This document shows, piece by piece, positions 57,833 to 62,380 of a stretch of DNA of 62,380 nt. This stretch comes from a virus (taxonomy: Duplodnaviria; Caudoviricetes): positions 1 to 62,380 of the IMG/VR virus record IMGVR_UViG_3300037783_000004. One strand, 5' to 3'. Position 1 is the stretch's first letter. Each line of letters opens with the position of its first letter. The notes under the pieces were generated by a model. That model made no database searches, was not told the origin of the DNA, and saw only the letters and a list, made by a program, of their open reading frames with translations. Position numbers and translations under genes: made by a program.

Positions 57833-58253
57833 CGTTAATTTTTTCCTGTTCTCGTTCGTAGTCTTCGAACATTTGCTCAACCGGGACGATCTTGCGATGG
57901 TCACCGGAAGTCTTTTTCACGAAGCCTGCACCAACTTCGATTGGCTTCGCATAGTCCCCAAGCATGACCTGCCTTATAAGCTGCTCTCGCATCTCTTCGG
58001 GGATACCCTTCGGCAAGCTGGCAAGCCTGCCCATCAATTGTTTCTGGCGGTCGCTAGCCTCACGCATGGCCTTCGCCTCACGCAGGGCTTCATGGTCGGC
58101 GGGAGTGAGCCGCTTCTCAGCAATCTTCGCGCCCCATTCCTCAAATTCTTTTTTGATCCTGCCGAATGTCCTAGCAGCATCAAGCGCATCGTCGCTTGGT
58201 GGGTGGATTTTTGGGGGCTTCTCGTCTTCTTCGACGGGTAGACGGATTGGCAT
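57822..58253 (-). CDS. Hypothetical protein (start MPIRLP)
   Basis: First gene of leftward operon. Confidence 0.6.
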   Translation of the reverse strand: MPIRLPVEEDEKPPKIHPPSDDALDAARTFGRIKKEFEEWGAKIAEKRLTPADHEALREAKAMREASDRQKQLMGRLASLPKGIPEEMREQLIRQVMLGDYAKPIEVGAGFVKKTSGDHRKIVPVEQMFEDYEREQEKINDET

Positions 58254-58295
58254 GTGGTGGTTACCTTGGTGAAACTGATACTTGATCTGAGGGCC

Positions 58296-58326
58296 GGACT
58301 GTGTCATGGTTCTGCTACAGTGTCAA
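58296..58326 (-). promoter_or_regulatory. Sigma70-like leftward promoter
   Basis: TTGACA at 58326-58321 in the divergent gap; -10 is weak. Confidence 0.5.
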
Positions 58327-58354
58327 CCCAATCCACTGAGAAATAGAGACCTTC

Positions 58355-58573
58355 ATGCGCTTTAACGTGAAAAAAATGATCGATGATTGTGGCGGTGTTT
58401 CTCACCTCGCCGCCGAGATCGGATGCGCCAGAACTACTCCTTATCGCTGGATCAAACAGGGCTCACTCAGCAGCCGCACTCTTGAGAGCATCAAGCTTGC
58501 GTTCCCTGCGCTTAACGTTGACGATTACTTTGAAGGACATGATGATGCAGCCACCGGAGAACGCCACGCTTGA
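58355..58573 (+). CDS. Cro-like HTH regulator
   Basis: GGVSHLAAEIGCARTTPYRW. Confidence 0.8.
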   Translation: MRFNVKKMIDDCGGVSHLAAEIGCARTTPYRWIKQGSLSSRTLESIKLAFPALNVDDYFEGHDDAATGERHA

Positions 58574-60464
58574 GGATCAGGCGCTTGAGTACCTAGACAG
58601 AGGTTTCTCAATCATTCCAATCCGGCCAGACACCAAGCGACCAATGGTCAAATGGCTAGAGTATCAGGACCGGGCACCTACACCAGATGAAGTCAGCGAA
58701 TGGTTCCGCATTCGCCCAGATGCTCAGATCGCAATCGTCACTGGCGAACTTTCCGGCGTGGTGATCGTGGACTGCGACAACGAAGCCGCCCTCCAACACG
58801 CGATCAATTGCGGTATGCGTTCCCCTATCACGGTAAAGACAAAGCGCGGGCGTCACCTGTGGTTCCAACACCCACGGGATGGTGTGCGCAGGGGTCCGCG
58901 CGCGGGGAATAATAGTAGAGGGACCGACTGGCCAAAGATGGATGGCCTCGATTTCCGAGGGGATGGATCGTATGCGCTCCTGCCCCCATCAAAGAATTAC
59001 CAGTGGGACATCGCTCAAGGCTTCGACCCAGATGACGACATGCCAGTATGGCAGGACTGGCGACCCAGTCACCCAGCCGACAAGGACGAGGTATTTGTTT
59101 TTGAAAATCTCGACCTGTCCAACATCTCATTCTCGGCCAAGGACTTGCTGACCGAGTGGGAACGCACCGAGAAGTACATCGCTGAGAAGGGCTTCGCACA
59201 CAACCGCATCCCGACAGGCGAGAGCAACGGACGTAACGACCGGGTCATGCGCTATGCCAGCGAGTGCATCTTGCAAGGTTACTTCGGCGCTGAGCTTCGC
59301 GTGAAGGTCCGGCACTTTATGGATCACTTCTTCATGGATCACTTGCCCGACGCTGAGTTCGAGGCGACGGTGCGCAGTGTCGAACAGATGGAGAAGCGCA
59401 ATCATCCCGAACGCTTCAATGAGCAGGGCGAGTACATCTACAAGCGCCCGGAGATCGAAGTGGTTGAGTCAGGCGCAGTCCGCCAGCGCAAACTCATAAC
59501 GTCTAGCGACGCCCAAGAACTTATCGAAAGCGGTAAAAACCAAGAGTATTTCATCGAGCCGTGGTTGCCGCCGCAGACAATTGTCCAAGTCCACGGGTAC
59601 TCTGGCTCAGGCAAGACGATGTACGTGCAACACGCACTGTATGCGATGACCGCCGGTTGCCGACACTTCGGGCAGGCCAATGAGATCAAGCACTCTGGCC
59701 GCGTGTTGTACGTGGACTTCGAGCTTAGTCGGGGTGACCTTGGCGTTCGTCTGAAGGAACTCAACCAAATGTTTGGCGACGCTGGCGACAGGTTCTCTGT
59801 CTGGACGCCATGGCTGGAAGACCAAGACATGAATTTGAAGACACCCGAAGGCATCATGGAACTTCAGGGGTGGATCAAATACTTCAAGCCAGACGTTGTG
59901 GTGATCGATACGATCCGGACTGCGTGGTCTGGCCTGCAAGAAAACTCTGCCGAAGAGTGGGCGCGCGTCAATCGTCTGGCCGTCAAGTTGCGTAATGCTG
60001 GCATGTCCGTGATCCTCATGCACCACTCCAACAAGCCGGGCGAAGACGGGCTTGGACGTGAGGCAGGCTCGACGAACCAGCTCACCGTGCTTGAAACACA
60101 GATACGCATTGCGCAAGTATATCGAGACGAAGAGACAGCAAAGCAGAAGGCTGGCATCTGGAACGGGAAGTATTCGGTGCCGCCGTTCGAACAGCTCGAA
60201 GCCAAGGTCGGTGCTGACTGGCACGTCGATATGGTGATCGAGGCTTCGTATGGGAAGGTGCGTCAGTGGACGCCGCTACATGACGCTCGCACGTTCATCG
60301 GGTGGGCTACACATATGAAGACAGGCGACCGCCAGATGGTCACGAATATGTCCACAAAGCAGAAGGCCAAAGAGATGGCGCTGCACGGCTGGACGCCGAA
60401 GGACATCTCCAAGGAACTCCTGCGTCCGCTAGCCGTTATTCACGAGTGGCTCGAACTTTCGTAG
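58539..60464 (+). CDS. Bifunctional primase-polymerase fused to RecA-type (AAA_25) helicase
   Basis: IIPI..KRP, IVDCD, GRHLWF, DFRG; GRND; GYSGSGKT, VVIDT, MHHSNK. Confidence 0.9.
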   Translation: MMMQPPENATLEDQALEYLDRGFSIIPIRPDTKRPMVKWLEYQDRAPTPDEVSEWFRIRPDAQIAIVTGELSGVVIVDCDNEAALQHAINCGMRSPITVKTKRGRHLWFQHPRDGVRRGPRAGNNSRGTDWPKMDGLDFRGDGSYALLPPSKNYQWDIAQGFDPDDDMPVWQDWRPSHPADKDEVFVFENLDLSNISFSAKDLLTEWERTEKYIAEKGFAHNRIPTGESNGRNDRVMRYASECILQGYFGAELRVKVRHFMDHFFMDHLPDAEFEATVRSVEQMEKRNHPERFNEQGEYIYKRPEIEVVESGAVRQRKLITSSDAQELIESGKNQEYFIEPWLPPQTIVQVHGYSGSGKTMYVQHALYAMTAGCRHFGQANEIKHSGRVLYVDFELSRGDLGVRLKELNQMFGDAGDRFSVWTPWLEDQDMNLKTPEGIMELQGWIKYFKPDVVVIDTIRTAWSGLQENSAEEWARVNRLAVKLRNAGMSVILMHHSNKPGEDGLGREAGSTNQLTVLETQIRIAQVYRDEETAKQKAGIWNGKYSVPPFEQLEAKVGADWHVDMVIEASYGKVRQWTPLHDARTFIGWATHMKTGDRQMVTNMSTKQKAKEMALHGWTPKDISKELLRPLAVIHEWLELS

Positions 60465-60780
60465 CGAGAAACGGGGGGAAGTTCCCACGACTTCCGTTCG
60501 GCCTGCGGCCAGCGCCGATGTTATCGTAGAACCGGGTCTTCCCGTCTCGTCCAATATACTCGACGCTTGCTTCTGGGAAATGCTCTCGCAAGTCCGCGAC
60601 GTGCTCAGCAATAATCGGGTAACGTCTGCGCCATTCGGAGACAAGCTGTATCCATTGCTCGTCCGAGTAGAGGTGGCGGTTGCTTTTGTTGACGTCGGGG
60701 AGTTCAGCATCAGACAATTCCGAGAACATGTTTTTCGTAGCCGTAGTGGGCTGCGAGGATTGCGTCTGCGTGGTTGTCAT
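60436..60780 (-). CDS. Hypothetical protein
   Basis: GGAG RBS. Confidence 0.55.
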   Translation of the reverse strand: MTTTQTQSSQPTTATKNMFSELSDAELPDVNKSNRHLYSDEQWIQLVSEWRRRYPIIAEHVADLREHFPEASVEYIGRDGKTRFYDNIGAGRRPNGSRGNFPPFLATKVRATRE

Positions 60781-61270
60781 CGGTGATTACTCCATCATAA
60801 AACTTGCGGGCGGCTTCGCCCATTTCATCTTTAGTTGCTTTGCCTGATCCGGTCGCCCACTTCTTCAACGTCGGGACTGCGACCGAGTACATCGGTATGC
60901 CTTCGCCTCCTGCGTACGCTCGAAGCTGCCAGTGCAAGCCTAGCATCGTCATACGAGCATGGCCCTGCAATTGATTGGGTGGCATCTCACACATGATAAG
61001 GTCCGGCTTGAAGTTGCCGAAGATGATGTTGAACATGAGGTCCGAGTAAGACGCAATCAGCTCGTAGTTGCGTGGCTCTTTGGCCTTGCGGTTTGGCTGT
61101 GCGTCTTTCCCGAAATCCATGGTGCCCGTGTGCGCAAGCTCGCCCGGTGCGTCGGGCATTGACGGGTGTCGTCTTGTGAGGTGGAAGCCTGTCTTTAGTC
61201 CGAGATCAAATCCTGCAACGATTGTATCAGGCGACATGGGCGGTGGAAATGGGGGCGTAATTTTCTTCAT
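60710..61270 (-). CDS. RuvC-like Holliday junction resolvase
   Basis: GFDLG..TG, CE, LKKWATGSGKATK, DDNHADA. Confidence 0.85.
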   Translation of the reverse strand: MKKITPPFPPPMSPDTIVAGFDLGLKTGFHLTRRHPSMPDAPGELAHTGTMDFGKDAQPNRKAKEPRNYELIASYSDLMFNIIFGNFKPDLIMCEMPPNQLQGHARMTMLGLHWQLRAYAGGEGIPMYSVAVPTLKKWATGSGKATKDEMGEAARKFYDGVITDDNHADAILAAHYGYEKHVLGIV

Positions 61271-61464
61271 AGTGCGGGTCTCACCTCGGCCCTACCGGGC
61301 CGACATGCCTTAATTAAAACGTTGATTAAACGGTGATTGAAACTTAATTCGTCACGGCGGGCCGAAGGCAGGAGCCGTGACAACTGAAGAACATGAATTA
61401 AATAATTGATGAACGGCGCTTCGCGCCAGTTCAAATCAATAAATTAAACTCAAACTCGGTGAGG

Positions 61465-61493
61465 TTAATAAACCTCTGAGCGCCCTTTGTCAA
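61465..61493 (-). promoter_or_regulatory. Near-consensus sigma70 promoter TTGACA-N17-TATTAA
   Basis: Read directly on the minus strand. Confidence 0.7.
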
Positions 61494-61526
61494 TAGCACC
61501 GCCCTTACGTTCCGCATCCGTAATGA

Positions 61527-61542
61527 TTAACTTGCGTTTAAC
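61527..61542 (+). promoter_or_regulatory. CtrA-type box TTAA-N7-TTAAC
   Basis: TTAACTTGCGTTTAAC. Confidence 0.55.
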
Positions 61543-61580
61543 GTGTAATCATATAAAGACAAAACAACAGAGAGGTGAAG

Positions 61581-61880
61581 ATGCCACGTACGATCCAGCT
61601 AAGCGAGGACGACGTGTCCTTCCTCGAAAAAAATCACGACACGATGACACTGGTAGAAATGGCGAAGCGCATAGGGTGCTGCGTCGATACACTCAAACGC
61701 ATATTGGTACGATTAGAACTGAAAGAATTTGAAGGCGCGAAGTACGTTGTTGCTCGCGCTCAGACGGTAAAAATGTGGAACAGGCCGTGCATGGATTGCG
61801 GCGATGAAGAGGAGAGGCCGAAAGGTCATTATTTTTGTAAGCCGTGCCGCGCCAAGCGGGGCTACGACGATGACGACTAG
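61581..61880 (+). CDS. HTH plus Zn-finger transcription regulator
   Basis: TLVEMAKRIGCCVDTL; CMDC...CKPC. Confidence 0.7.
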   Translation: MPRTIQLSEDDVSFLEKNHDTMTLVEMAKRIGCCVDTLKRILVRLELKEFEGAKYVVARAQTVKMWNRPCMDCGDEEERPKGHYFCKPCRAKRGYDDDD

Positions 61881-62235
61881 TAAGCAGAAGAAGGGGAATG
61901 CATATGAAAGAGAACTTGCACGATACTTCACCGACCACATGGGTGTTCACACGGAACGGTCGCCACTTAGTGGAGGTGGCCGAGGGCTCACCGCTTTTGC
62001 CGACCTATACGGACCTCCACATCTCTGGATCGAAGCGAAAAGGCAAGAGAGCCTCGACCTCTATGGCGCGCTTGCTCAAGCCGAACGAGGAAGAGTAGCG
62101 TCTGGCTGCCCTGATCTACCTGTGGTCATTCATAGGCGTAATCGAATGCGGACGGGGGAAAGCATTGTATCAATGAGGCTTGATGTCTTCTTTGAATTCT
62201 ACGATGCTTTCCTCCGCTATCATGGGTACAAGTAA
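61870..62235 (+). CDS. Hjc-like PD-(D/E)xK resolvase/nuclease
   Basis: KGNAYERE...ADL...IEAKR. Confidence 0.8.
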   Translation: MTTSKQKKGNAYERELARYFTDHMGVHTERSPLSGGGRGLTAFADLYGPPHLWIEAKRQESLDLYGALAQAERGRVASGCPDLPVVIHRRNRMRTGESIVSMRLDVFFEFYDAFLRYHGYK

Positions 62236-62236
62236 C

Positions 62237-62380
62237 ATGAAGAAATGTCCGAAGTGCGAAAACGAAAAAGACGATAGTGAGTTTCGCATCTCGAAGCACG
62301 GGAAGCCCTACGGCAGGTGCCTACCCTGTCGCCAAATTGACCACGCCATCCGGATGCAAGACCCAATAAATTATTTCAAG
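62237..62380 (+). CDS. N-terminus of HNH-like gene continuing at 114-455
   Basis: MKKCPKC...CLPC...MQDPINYFK in frame. Confidence 0.75.
   Translation, partial: MKKCPKCENEKDDSEFRISKHGKPYGRCLPCRQIDHAIRMQDPINYFK
62255..62380 (+). repeat. 126-bp terminal direct repeat, right copy
   Basis: Identical to 15-140. Confidence 0.95.

Larger units (their letters stand above)
1..62380. mobile_element. Complete or near-complete podovirus-like dsDNA phage genome (~62,240 bp unit)
   Basis: Terminase, portal, capsid, tail, lysis and replication genes; no host housekeeping genes; end overlap. Confidence 0.95.

Noticed and set aside
62255-62380. Biological direct terminal repeat
   Set aside because: It falls mid-gene and is k-mer sized; consistent with assembler overlap
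1-62380. tRNA/tmRNA genes or genetic-code reassignment
   Set aside because: No cloverleaf recognised by eye; genes are intact and densely packed under the standard code

Overview
This window appears to be an essentially complete circular or circularly permuted tailed-phage genome of about 62,240 bp: bases 15-140 recur exactly at 62255-62380, and an HNH-like gene reads across the join. It is podovirus-like, with no tape measure gene but with adaptor, nozzle and large ejection proteins. The host is Gram-negative (two-component spanin), probably an alphaproteobacterium (a perfect CtrA-type box is present). Layout: lysis cassette (0.5-1.8 kb, +); leftward early/accessory block (2-17.8 kb) with a tyrosine recombinase, pol-beta nucleotidyltransferase, CobS/CobT-like AAA+/VWA pair, DenV-like glycosylase and many small proteins; rightward packaging and virion block (18.3-54 kb) ending in a 3536-aa polyvalent ejection protein; replication/recombination block (54-62 kb). 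The best candidates for undescribed biology are: (1) a Gly-X-Y fibre followed by a DUF6065/2OG-Fe(II) oxygenase cassette; (2) a ~250-nt structured RNA heading a nucleotidyltransferase-recombinase operon that ends in three genes sharing an MRLRM start; (3) [DE][DE]MA junctions flanking modules of the giant protein; (4) a GGACGAC promoter motif at six operon boundaries. All assignments come from reading motifs by eye; no database searches were run.
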